Positions 1 to 10,022 of a DNA stretch of 25,321 bases are shown piece after piece. The DNA comes from Octopus sinensis (taxonomy: Eukaryota), in contig NW_021836194.1 of NCBI RefSeq assembly GCF_006345805.1, positions 1 to 25,321 on the forward strand, read 5' to 3'. How positions within the stretch are numbered: the stretch's first letter is position 1; each line of letters begins with the position of its first letter. The notes beneath the pieces are model-generated. The model searched no databases and was not told where the DNA came from. It worked only from the letters and a program-made list of their open reading frames with translations. A program made the position numbers and the translations under genes.

Positions 1-343
1 GGGTCGTTCCTTGTGTTACTTGTCTTGTTTTCCATTTCTTCTCTCCTTGTTCGCATATTTAACTCACTTGTTTTCGCATTTCATTTTGTTTATTGTAAGT
101 GACGTCCTGTACCCATATATGCATTTGTTCGAAAGAATAGTTCATGTTCCCTGTTACTTGTGCTTCGCATTTTTTTTGTAAACCTTTCGTGACATATATA
201 TGCATATATATGTACATATACGTATGTATATATGCATACATATATTATTTATATTATATATATATATCGATTCGATTCGATTCGTTTGGTTTCGTTTCGT
301 TTCTTCTTCTCTAAGCTGGTTTATATATATATATATATATATA

Positions 344-540
344 GGGAGAGTTTACGAAAAAAACAAAAGACGAAGATAGGTGGTGTACAAATAAACAGAG
401 GTATTAGTATAACGGTCAGGAATAGAATCAGTCTTTTATGTTTCGAGTGGGACACAGAAAACAAACAAGGAGAGAAACAAGGAGAGAAAAAAAATGTGTG
501 TAGTGGCTAACGATCTATCATGGCGACTAGTGCCGGACAG
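344..540 (-). mobile_element. PLE pseudo-LTR-like repeat, family B, inverted relative to the downstream PLE ORF
   Basis: The reverse complement aligns along its length with 10023-10207 (TCGCCATGATAGATCG.TAGCCACTACACACATTTTTTTTCTCTCCTTG...CGAAAC...GACCGTTATACTAATAC...TCTTCGTCTTTT). It is flanked by (TA)n and carries a damaged hammerhead-like motif at 433-461. The PLE assignment is inferred from that motif. Confidence 0.65.
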
Positions 541-551
541 ATATATATATG

Positions 552-615
<64 letters not shown>

Positions 616-674
616 AATATATGTATATATATATATGTATATGTATGTGTATACATGTGTATGTATATATGTAT
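541..674. repeat. Compound (TG)n/(TA)n microsatellite
   Basis: Visible directly. It supplies the spurious CV/YI N-terminus of ORF 549..1295. Confidence 0.95.
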
Positions 675-1295
675 ATAGGTAAATATTTCCTAGCACTGAT
701 AGATAGACATTTTCCAGTTAACCATACTTATAGGAAACTCTTCAATAGACACCATTTAAAAATTAGTTTTAGTTCAACTACCAATTTTAAAAACATAATC
801 AAACATAACATACAAAAAACACAACAAGAAAACAGCTGTTCATGCAGGAATAAAGAATTGTGCCCGCTAAATGGAACTTGCATGTCCAAGACCATCATAT
901 ATGAAGCTACCGTAAACTCTATAACCACTAAAGACACCGTTTCGACGAAGAAATACGTGGGCCTTATAGAGGGTAATTTCAAGGCCAGGTTCAATAACCA
1001 CACTTTGAGCTTTAGGCACTGGAACAAAAGAAAAGCGACACAATTATCTAATCATATTTGGTCTTTAAGAGATAAAGGTGTCGATTATATCATACAATGG
1101 AAGATTTTGGCCAGATGTAAGCCCTATACCAACGGCAGCAGAAAGTGCGGTCTATGCGACATGGAGAGATGGCTTATCTGGAAAAGCAGCTTAGACCCTA
1201 CTACATGTCTAAATACAAGGACAGAGCTTTTCGGATCATGCCCACATGTGACTAAATTTCTGTTACGTTTTTGGTCCCCTAAAGAAAACAGATAG
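675..1295 (+). CDS. 5'-truncated Penelope-like element ORF: end of RT region, Cys-rich linker and C-terminal GIY-YIG endonuclease
   Basis: Open frame reads IGKYFLALIDRHFP..KLFNRHHLKISFS..NIIKHN (post-RT region), then linker CSCRNKELCPLNGTC (CxCx5Cx5C), then IIY..YVG, FKARFNNH, LSNHIW, CGLC..E, LNTR.E and CPH. These are the GIY-YIG and CCHH-type motifs of PLE endonucleases. Stop TAG at 1293-1295. No RT catalytic core and no native start in the window. Confidence 0.9.
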   Translation: MGKYFLALIDRHFPVNHTYRKLFNRHHLKISFSSTTNFKNIIKHNIQKTQQENSCSCRNKELCPLNGTCMSKTIIYEATVNSITTKDTVSTKKYVGLIEGNFKARFNNHTLSFRHWNKRKATQLSNHIWSLRDKGVDYIIQWKILARCKPYTNGSRKCGLCDMERWLIWKSSLDPTTCLNTRTELFGSCPHVTKFLLRFWSPKENR

Positions 1296-1432
1296 AACAT
1301 GCTTTCTATGTTATGTCCCAAGAAGAATTTATATATATTTATATATTTTATATATATATATGCGAGCGATGTATAAGTACGCAGGCAAGCAGAGTTATAA
1401 CACAGTAATTTCCCTTTATTTAACGGTATTTT

Positions 1433-1530
1433 TTCATAGCGTTTTCAAATAGCCAGATAACCGAAGAGATGGTTTGTGGATTTCCACTTCGGCATCTGAA
1501 ACTCAGAGTATTATCTTGACCACCGAATGT
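1433..1530 (+). mobile_element. PLE pseudo-LTR-like repeat, family A
   Basis: Aligns with 9875-9972 (TTCATAGCGTTTT..GCC.GATAAC.GAAGAGATGG..GTGGATTTCCAC.TCGGCATC.GAAACTC.GAGT.TTATCTTG.C.ACCGAAT). Followed by (TA)n. Confidence 0.7.
1452..1520 (+). ncRNA. Type I hammerhead-ribozyme-like motif with variant core CCGAAGA
   Basis: Stem I AGATAA (1455-1460) pairs with TTATCT (1511-1516). Core CCGAAGA 1461-1467. Stem II GATG...GTGG-ATTT-CCAC...CATC. GAAAC at 1498-1502, palindromic stem III ACTC-A-GAGT, cleavage triplet GUA at 1508-1510. Confidence 0.55.
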
Positions 1531-1536
1531 AACATT

Positions 1537-1540
<4 letters not shown>

Positions 1541-1584
<44 letters not shown>

Positions 1585-1640
1585 GTAGTATGGTGTATGT
1601 ATGTGTGTGGGTGTGTGGGTGTGGTGGTGTTGTGTATAAT
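1541..1640. repeat. (TA)n followed by degenerate (TG)n microsatellite
   Basis: Visible directly. Confidence 0.9.
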
Positions 1641-2211
1641 TTGGTATTGCATGGTTTGTGTCAAAAACAAATTTAGAACTGAAAGAAGAGCCATAGAGCA
1701 TTAAACGGTTGTTGTGCTTTTCCTGACAGCGAGTAACTTGACGTATACATACTATGAGCTTCATTTCCTGAAGCAGTAAATACCCCGATTTTTTTTTTTT
1801 TTTTTTAGCAAGAAACGAACATTTACCTATTTTTTATATTAGCGCTTCTTAATGACTTTTAACTCAATACTGTTATCATTCTCCTCTGAGTTCAACTTCC
1901 TCGTAATAATAAGGATTTCTCCTATTGGTGATTATAGCTGAATCGAACTATTTTTCAATATTTCACCTGCGAAGATAGCTTTCTTTCGCCTTTACATTTC
2001 GGAAATTCACTGTTTATAGAGTTTGAATAAACTGACTTAAGTAGATGGATTCTTTTTTTTTTCTTCTTTATTATAAAAATATCACTAGCTTGGCTGCTGC
2101 TCTTTTTTACGCTCTGTACTTCATTTTCCCTATCTTTAATGTATCCACACTACATTAAGTCGCAGCTACCATCGCGTTTAACCTTCTTCTTTATAGACAT
2201 TCTCTTTCAAA

Positions 2212-2213
<2 letters not shown>

Positions 2214-2256
<43 letters not shown>

Positions 2257-2469
2257 ATATATATACACACATACATATATATACATATGAATCTATGATT
2301 ATGTGCATATATATATATAATATTATATATATATGGGGTTATGTATCTATATATATGCATATGAATATATATATATGGGGTTATGTATCTATCTCTATAT
2401 ATATATATGGTGTTATGTATCTATATATATGCATATGAATATATATACATATATCTTATCATGTGTTTA

Positions 2470-2527
<58 letters not shown>

Positions 2528-2545
2528 TGTATGTGTGTGTGGTTT
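2214..2545. repeat. Compound (CA)n/(TA)n microsatellite with an embedded 3-copy minisatellite
   Basis: The GG(G/T)GTTATGTATCTAT core starts at 2335, 2377 and 2409. Confidence 0.9.
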
Positions 2546-2940
2546 TACATTCATGGTTTATTTCTTTTATAATATAACGTAATTTTTACTTTTTTTTCCA
2601 TGTGTTCATTTTATATCAAGAAGCCTTACAGCGTAGCTCGTTTGTTTTCTGGAAAAATGCTCAGTGCACCTCTCTTCGTGTCTTACCGGTTAAGCTGTAA
2701 TGAAGAATCATTTCGTTTAAAGCTGCCGTACATCTAAAGAGGCCTTGGCTTCTCGAGGAATAATCACTCGGTAATAGCACAGGTCTTTCAGCCAACAGAA
2801 AACAAAACATAACAGAATTCAACGACGGTGCTTATAAGTATATGTAGCGTACTCGTTATTTTCATTTCAGTAGATGTCTGCAAACACAGCTGTGGCACTG
2901 AGATTTGCAATAAGGCATTGGAAGATAATGGCATTTAAAA

Positions 2941-3060
2941 TTCCTTCCTACTGTTAGCACATTTTATGGGAGGGAGTAAATTGATTATATCAACCACTGT
3001 TCTCAATTACTACTTATTTGATCGACCCCGAATGGATGAGCGTCGATTTCGGTGAATTGC
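2941..3060 (-). mobile_element. Diverged fragment of tRNA-derived SINE group 1
   Basis: TACTTATTTGATCGACCCCGAATGGATGAG..GTCGATTTCGG matches the central box of 5740-6138 and 19786-20183. Confidence 0.6.
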
Positions 3061-3629
3061 ACATAAAATTAATCACGAGTCACTATTGAGACGTGTTTCC
3101 AACTCCACCTGAGCAACTATTACACAGGATTTGCAACTATGCTAAACATCTTATAGAAAGCTAAGCCAAACATATGATACTTATATATAGACTCTTTGAC
3201 AGTTACGAGATATTTTAGATTTTGTTATTGGAAAATGTTTGTGCAACCTTATAATTTTTTCAAATAATTTAACCTATTCATACATTAATAGTCATAATGT
3301 CAGGTCTCTCTTAGAAATGTACCATTAGTAACCAAAGCATTTCTTTCTATATTTCATAACAAATGAGGAAGAAATCCACTTATGACCAAAGGAATAACAA
3401 TTTAGATTACGCTGCGTAAGAAGGACTTACTAAGTTTTCTTTGCTTATTCATTTATCGCTGTGATTTAAACATCTGCTTTGTTTGTTAGAGTTTCAATAC
3501 TCACAGCTCAAATATACATAAGTTCTGCTATTTACAATGCACAGTTTTACTTCAATAGAGTTATTATTTATATCCACACTAAAATAAAAATTAGAGTGCA
3601 TTATTTTCTACACAAATTGTCGACAAAGA

Positions 3630-3815
3630 TGATTAGGGTGAAGCACTCCGTACGTTCGCTAAATCGCAGTCTCAGTTCCCAGATCACCGATGTGTTGTGA
3701 AGTAAATCACCTTATTTCACTTTGCTCCAGTCCTCTTACCTCTAAATGGATAACCTTGCAGTGGACAAGCATGGAATTCAGGGAGAACGTTGGCCTGCGC
3801 TATGAGACTATGGGG
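3630..3815 (+). mobile_element. Old diverged SINE related to group 3 (16022-16256)
   Basis: TTATTTCACTTTGCTCCAGTCC resembles TTCATTTCACGTTGCTCCAGTCC at about 16125-16146. GCAGTGGAC downstream resembles the tail motif GCAATGGAC. Confidence 0.45.
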
Positions 3816-3976
3816 TGACATCATTCGAAAGCTATAACAAGGAAACATAATTGGATCTGCGGCTTATAATCTTGTCGGTACAATGATGCAGCGATATTCG
3901 ATAAATGAATAGTGAAATAGTAAAGACAGGATACTTACTAACAACTGCAACACGACAGGATCGTGCTGATTTCGTT

Positions 3977-4410
3977 AAATTCAATTCAATTAAATTCAAT
4001 TTTTATTGGCTCAAAAAGCAAAAGCAAGGCCATGTAGGAGGACAGGGAGTTATGTACAGGGAGGGTAGTCATTCAAGGAGTTCAGGCCATTTCTGGTCAA
4101 GAGAGACTTTAAACCGTGCAGTCGTCGGCATCTTCACTAACTCGTCTGGCAGCTTATTCCACGGATGCGCAACCCGGACGGAGAAAGCCCCTCTCCTTCG
4201 ATTGAGATGAAATCGTAGTAGATAGAGCTTTTCGGAGTGACCCCGCAGCCGACGCTCTGGAGCAGGAGTGAAGAACAGCTCTTTCGAAAGGTTACACTTT
4301 CCGCTTATGATGTTGTGAGCGAGAATGAGATCACCACGGCGTCGTCGTTTTTCGAGAGAAAAAGGGTCGAGCGTCTTCAGCCTTTCTTCATAAGACAAAT
4401 TCCTATATCT
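3977..4410 (-). mobile_element. 5'-truncated CR1-clade LINE: ORF2 C-terminus (4069-4398), 3' UTR and short-repeat tail
   Basis: Translation RNLSYEERLKTL..FSLEKRRRRGDLI..RGHSEKL..F..RV..PWNKLP..FKVSLD is the typical CR1 ORF2 C-terminus. The stop is at 4069-4071. A short 3' UTR follows, ending on the minus strand in AATAAA and (ATTGA)-like repeats. Confidence 0.9.
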
Positions 4411-5739
4411 TGTAACAGAGAAATTAATTCGAAAATTGTTTAGCCAATTCGCACTTTACTCCAACATAGACTTGTACTTTATTAAATACAAGTGGTAACT
4501 GTAATTATAAACCGAAAATGGGTCTTCCACCTAACTAAATTATTTGAAGGCAGAACGTAGTAAAAACCTAATTGCTTTGCTTTGCTTTCTCCATTTTTTA
4601 AACAAACTTTAATATTCCAAAATCATTTGTAACAAGAACGTCTATTTATGATCAACAAGTATCCAATATTGTAAGACGATGCAACACAGAGATATTATTG
4701 ATTTAGTACATTCTTCCTTCTTCTCATTCCAGTCAAGTGGAGTGTCAGCAACAGATGAGGCTGTTCAGTTAAAGTACGGCTTATGTAGCATGAGTTTCTG
4801 GGACTATTATCATCGGTTTCCTGCTGGCTCTTTCATAAACTTAATTTAGTCAGAGAAATTTGAAAATCCAAGTGGGAGATAAACTTCAATCAATTAAAAT
4901 ATTGTAGAAGCATCAGTATTTTATCTTATTGGATGCTTTTCTGCATTTAGCCCTGCAGAAACCGGATTCTTGTTTAGAAATAAAAATTACATGGTAATAA
5001 AATATTAGGCGGTTTTTACACCTGAAAGCAGTCGCAGATTTTATTGCTTCCTCGTACCGGGAGGCTTGAGAAAGACATGCAGCGTGGAATAAATCAAATT
5101 AAATTACATTTAAATATACTTCACATTTATTTATTCATTTATTTTCTGCCAAATATCTGTATGTATTTATTGATTTATTATAATTTTGTCGTTTAGCAAA
5201 CTCTAAATATTCTGCAATAAAAAAATTGCGTGCAAAAGTTTACAGATATCCACACATATACATACACTTGTGTACGAACGAATATGCATACACAAACGTC
5301 AATGCGTACAAACTCCAACATACATATGTGCATATGTACAAATATTGAATTCCATGACTACATACATATTTAGTTATTCATTTAATGAATAGGATTGGTA
5401 AGACGATTTTGGAATTAACAATTTATTTTTTCCAAGAATTCTATAAATATGCAATGATGTGTTTTTAAACTCATATTATACACAAAGTAATCTGGAAGTA
5501 TAATATTTCATCATTCGTAGATGGAGAACTAAAGCATACGCAGTTCCTGTCGAGTGAGGGTTTCAATGTCTAATTTCTTTTAATAATCGGTTTGTGAACG
5601 GGAACATCTTCTTCGTTGGCCCCAGACTTCAGAAAAAAGTGTGACAGAAGAACTGGAGAGAGGGATAAGCTTAGGCCATAAAGTGCATATACACAATATG
5701 ATTGATGGCTGGTGTTGAGATGTGTGCTTAAACTATTAA

Positions 5740-6138
5740 TTCTTTACTACCCACAAGGGGCTAGACACAGAGGGGACAAACAAGGACAGACAAACGGATG
5801 AAGTCGATTAGATCGACCCTAGTACGTAACTGGTACTTATTTAATCGACCCCGGAAGGATGAAAGGCAAAGTCGACCTCGGCAGAATTTGAACTCAGAAC
5901 GTAACGGCAGACGAAATACCTATTTCTTTACTACCCACAAGGGGCTAAACACAGAGGGGACAAAAAAGGACAAACAAACGGATTAAGTCGATTAGGTCGA
6001 CCCCAGTGCCTAACTGGTACTTATTTAATCGATCCCGGAAGGATGAAAGGCAAAGTCGATCTCGACGGAATTTGAACGTAACGGCAGACGAAATACCAGT
6101 AAACCCGGCGTGCTAATGTTTCTGCCAGCTCACCGCCT
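5740..6138 (-). mobile_element. tRNA-derived SINE group 1, dimeric form (one head, two body+tail units), with 12-bp TSD
   Basis: Head GGCGGTGAGCTGGCAGAAACATTAGCACGCCGGG on the minus strand. The body is repeated with a 184-bp period (TTCTTTACTAC at 5740 and 5924). ATGTGTGCTTAA occurs at 5720-5731 and 6139-6150. Confidence 0.9.
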
Positions 6139-6741
6139 ATGTGTGCTTAAGATGTGCCTGCGTGGGAGAACATGCATTAATCTACGTGAAAAATGTTTGC
6201 AATCGAAGAGGCGAGTGTTCCATATAGTATATAGATGGGCAGGTTAGCAAAGCATTTTGCGAGCCAGATACTGGCAAATATTTGATGAGGTGGAAGGTCA
6301 TTATTTACGCGAAATTATCATTTAATGGAGAAGCAAACAGAGGTGAGTTGTTCACTGGTAAATATGACTTCAAAGAAGTCATGCTAATCGTCATTAGAAG
6401 GAAGTGACTCTGAGAAGTTGGTGAAGTTGGTGGTTGAAATTTTTGAAGTTGGAAGAGGTAGCATTACGTGGTTAGCTGGGTAGACCTTGAAGTATAACCT
6501 TATTGAAAAGGAAGAATAGTTGTATGAAGAATAACACCGAGGGTGAAAGAAAAGAACTTCAGAGAAAGACTTGTTAACTTTAAATGTCCAATGTCAGGGT
6601 TTTACCATTGGACGCATTCTTTTAGCTTATTAGAATAGGGAACGCGAGCGCTGCTGGTCTTGAGAATTAGATGCACGTGGAGAAACATTATGCAGAACGT
6701 TCCTGCGATGCTTTTTCCCCATTATACAATAGTAAATACAT

Positions 6742-6786
<45 letters not shown>

Positions 6787-6966
6787 GGCGTAGAAGTGAC
6801 TGTGGGGTAAGTAGCTTGCTTGCCAACCACATGGTTCCGGGTTCAGTTCCACTGCGTGGCACCTTAGGCAAGTGTTTCTACTATAGCCTCGGACCGACCA
6901 AAGCATTGTTAGTGGTTTTGGAAGAAGGAAACTGAAAGAAGGCTGTCGTATATATGTATATATATA

Positions 6967-7004
<38 letters not shown>

Positions 7005-7382
7005 TATATATAGATAAGAAAGTTGGTTTGTGAAAGCACGTGGTTGAATATATAGAAAATAGTAAAAAGTGAAAAACTACAGAAGGCTTAGATGTTAAAA
7101 AATATATATTTGCGTCAATATGTCTGAAGAATATTAAAAAAATTTTTGATATATATGTATGAGTGTGTATATGTTTGTGCGTATGTGGTTGTCCCCGAAC
7201 ATCGCTTGACAACCGATGGTGGTGTATTTACGTCCCCATAAACTAGCGGTTCGGCAAAAGAGACCGATAGAATAAGTACTAGGCTTACAAAGAATAAGTC
7301 CTGGGTTCGATTTGTTCGACTAAAGGCGGTGCTCCAGCATGGCCACAGTCAAATGACTGAAACAAGTAAAAGAGTAAAAGGG
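6787..7382 (+). mobile_element. tRNA-derived SINE group 2 (probably CORE-type, octopus OR-like), full bipartite copy with an expanded internal microsatellite and a nested insert
   Basis: Left half 6787-6949 has a B-box-like GGTTCAGTTCC and a CORE-like CACCTTAGGCAAGTGT. Right half 7172-7382 ends GCTCCAGCATGGCC.CAGTCAAATGACTGAAACAAGTAAAAGAG. Between them lie (TA)n and a 7012-7145 insert. The family name is from recall and is unverified. Confidence 0.85.
7012..7145. mobile_element. Unclassified insert in the SINE linker, possibly a PLE pseudo-LTR fragment
   Basis: A non-repetitive 130-bp block bounded by (TA)n on both sides, absent from the linker of the other group 2 copy (12120-12236). Confidence 0.35.
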
Positions 7383-7388
7383 TGTATG

Positions 7389-7439
<51 letters not shown>

Positions 7440-8027
7440 GGAGAGAGAGACGCGGCGCACACGCGTACACACACACAACCACACACACATATATACATGC
7501 TATCTAGAAGGAAAATGGGCAAACACCGATTTACTTCATGAAACACGAAAGAGGTTTCAGTGCAGAACGTGACGGTGGTCAGAAATAAAAGAGTTGTAAT
7601 CATTTCAAGTGAATCATAAAATACATTTATTATTTAATATCAATTGCCATTTTGTAAATGAAGGAGCTGAAAGATCTGTGTCACAAAGCAGGATAAGACA
7701 CTTTAGACTAGATATTTATTGGTTTTAGAGTGAATAATTAATGGCCGTACAAGAAAAAGGAGTGCAGTGCTCATAATATTTTTGCAGAAATTGTTGAGAG
7801 AAAGGGGTGTAGTTATCATGAATCCAGAGATCTAAACTGAAAGTTTGAAAAATATTGTCCCAGCTATATAACCGAATAATGTGACCTATTTTACAATCAA
7901 ACATAGATCTAAATGCATTCGTATGACAAACGTTCCACACGAGATTTTGTATCTAAATTCTCAGGAATCAGATAATACCTCTCTACCATCCAGTTTAGAT
8001 CTTTTGAAATTATATTAAAGGAACAAA

Positions 8028-8242
8028 AGGCGGCGAGCTGGCAGAAATGTTAGCGCGCCGGGCGAAATGCGTAGCCGTCTTTCGTCTGTCTTTACGTTCC
8101 GAGGTCGAATTTGTTTTCATCCTTTCGGGGTCTATAAATTAAGTACCAGTTACGCACTGGGGTAAATGTAATCGACTTAATCCCTTTGTCTGTCCTTGTT
8201 TGTCGCCTCTGTGTTTGGCCGTTTCTGGGTAGTAAAGAAATA
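8028..8242 (+). mobile_element. tRNA-derived SINE group 1, monomer, with 15-bp TSD
   Basis: Runs from AGGCGGCGAGCTGGCAGAAATGTTAGCGCGCCGGG to GGGTAGTAAAGAAATA. TATATTAAAGGAACA at 8011-8025 and TATATTAAAGAAACA at 8243-8257 differ by 1 base. Confidence 0.9.
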
Positions 8243-8829
8243 TATATTAAAGAAACATACTAGAATTGGTAGTTTCACTATTGTAGATTCTCAAATAGTA
8301 TTATTTCAATGGTGAGTGTGCATTTCACTATATAAGGCTCATAAAAGTACTCCAAATAATTTTGTTCGCACGGCTTCGGCGACAGTCATTTTACTCTAGA
8401 TATCTTGACCATCTACTTAATCAAATAAAATCAATAATATTTGTGGTCAATATTAAAGACAAAGTAGATTATCAACCGAGGATAACATTACAATTACAAT
8501 AAAGCATCTCCTAAACTAATATAAACTAATTAATTTCTTTTAATTCCTAGTAAATTACATAGAGAAGTAGATTAACTATTATTTGCACTAACAAATGTCA
8601 AATTATAAATGTCTCTAGCAAACGTACGCGCTCGTAAATTTCTGAATTCATCAGCAATGACCGATGTTATGGATTAATATTCGACGAGATGAGAATATGT
8701 CTGCCATTTCGTTGAAGTTCTGTGACGTAAACGCGAGCGTGACATGAAGTTATTATGAAATATCTATATTCCAATTTTCATCTGCAATAAAGTTCTTCTT
8801 TCCTCCTTTCTTCCCAGTTATATATACAC

Positions 8830-8867
<38 letters not shown>

Positions 8868-9185
8868 CTGTGTGGCAATAGATTCATATGACGCCGGTAA
8901 AGGTTAACTGTTTCCATATGTGTATATATCTTTTTATGAGGGCATATGTAATTGCACCCACCCACATACACGCATACACACACAAAAAAGACACACACAT
9001 ACACACACGTATGCACGTACACATACGCATACACACACACACACACACAGAAAAGTGAGAGAGGGTGCGTGAGAAATTTGAGGGCACTTCATTATCAGTT
9101 TACTACTCTAAACTATGAAGACATTATTATTTCTTTCAGATACCCAAAATCAGAGAAAATGCCAGCAAAGAAAAAGAAAAAAAAA

Positions 9186-9476
9186 ATGTATAGGCATATA
9201 GTCATTGGTGCCATTGCTACGGAACTCATCAATTTAGAAATCAAAAACTTTCTAAACGTTTTAAGATATTTGTACACGAACTTAAGGTGGAATTGAAATG
9301 AGAATTTTTGAACTCTAAAGAGAAAACAGCTTCAAAAGATATTCCACGATGATCCTGGAAAAACAATGATGGCTCTCGCGAAAGAACTAGGTGTGCAGGA
9401 GAGGACTGTCAGAATTGTGGTGCATGAGGGTATTCGATTCAAGCCATATGTACTTCGACAAAGACTAAAAGTCTAA
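9186..9476 (+). pseudogene. Tc1/mariner transposase N-terminal relic, maT/DD37D-like
   Basis: MYRHIVIGAIATELINLEIKNFLNV, a frameshift to FVHELKVELK, then QLQKIFHDDPGKTMMALAKELGVQERTVRIVVHEGIRFKPYVLRQR* (stop 9474-9476). The DDPGKS-MRALA-VSE-TIR-VHEDIRYKSY-type HTH pattern is characteristic of maT transposases. No DDD domain or paired TIRs were found. Confidence 0.75.
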
Positions 9477-9557
9477 CAGGAAATGTGATAGATGGTCATG
9501 TTCTGCTCCTTCTGATGTCCTCAGAGTGATGCACGCTGAGTACACACATATATATAA

Positions 9558-9720
9558 ACGACGGGCTCCTTTCAGTTTTCGTCTACGAAATCCACTCACA
9601 AGGCTTTGGTCTGCCCGAGGCTATAGTAGAAGACAGTTACCCAACGTACCACGCAGTGGACTGAACCCGGAATCATGTGGTTGGGAAGAAGCATATTTCG
9701 TACCACACAACCACTCCTGC
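9558..9720 (-). mobile_element. SINE group 2, left half
   Basis: Reverse complement aligns with 6787-6949. Confidence 0.85.
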
Positions 9721-9747
9721 AGGAATATATATATATATATATATATT

Positions 9748-9990
9748 GATAAGAAAGAGACCTCGATATTATGTAAATAGAGGAATTTAATATGTGAAAA
9801 TTATTCGGTAGTCAAGATAAAACTCTGAGTTTCGGATGCCGAGGTGGAAATCCACGCCGCCATCGGTTAAGTTATTCATAGCGTTTTTCCGATGGCCGGA
9901 TAACTGAAGAGATGGTGGCGTGGATTTCCACCTCGGCATCCGAAACTCGGAGTTTTATCTTGGCTACCGAATAATTGTCACATATTACAT
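9748..9990. mobile_element. PLE family A pseudo-LTR in a head-to-head inverted arrangement (77-bp arms)
   Basis: Arms 9788-9864 and 9911-9987 are reverse complements at 73 of 77 positions. The right arm plus the spacer aligns with 1433-1530. Confidence 0.8.
9894..9966 (+). ncRNA. Type I hammerhead ribozyme fold with canonical core
   Basis: Stem I GGCCGGATAA (9894-9903) pairs with TTATCT-t-GGC (from 9955). Core CTGAAGA 9904-9910. Stem II 9911-9941 has one unpaired C near its base. GAAAC at 9942-9946, palindromic stem III ACTC-G-GAGT, cleavage triplet GUU at 9952-9954. Confidence 0.7.
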
Positions 9991-10022
9991 TTACAGATAT
10001 ATATATATACACACACACACAT

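Noticed and set aside
1-195. T-rich block ending in (TA)n, resembling a PLE pseudo-LTR 3' end
   Set aside because: Cut by the window edge, with no ribozyme motif or second copy to support the call.
549-674. N-terminus of the 248-aa ORF
   Set aside because: A microsatellite in frame by chance. PLE homology starts at 675.
6364-6382. Perfect 8-bp hairpin (and a 7-bp one at 15019-15035)
   Set aside because: Expected by chance in 25 kb, with no supporting context.
6180-6630. Purine-skewed block suspected to be an old LINE
   Set aside because: No recognisable peptide motif in any frame.
9050-9105. Possible left TIR of the maT-like element
   Set aside because: No matching inverted copy found in the window.
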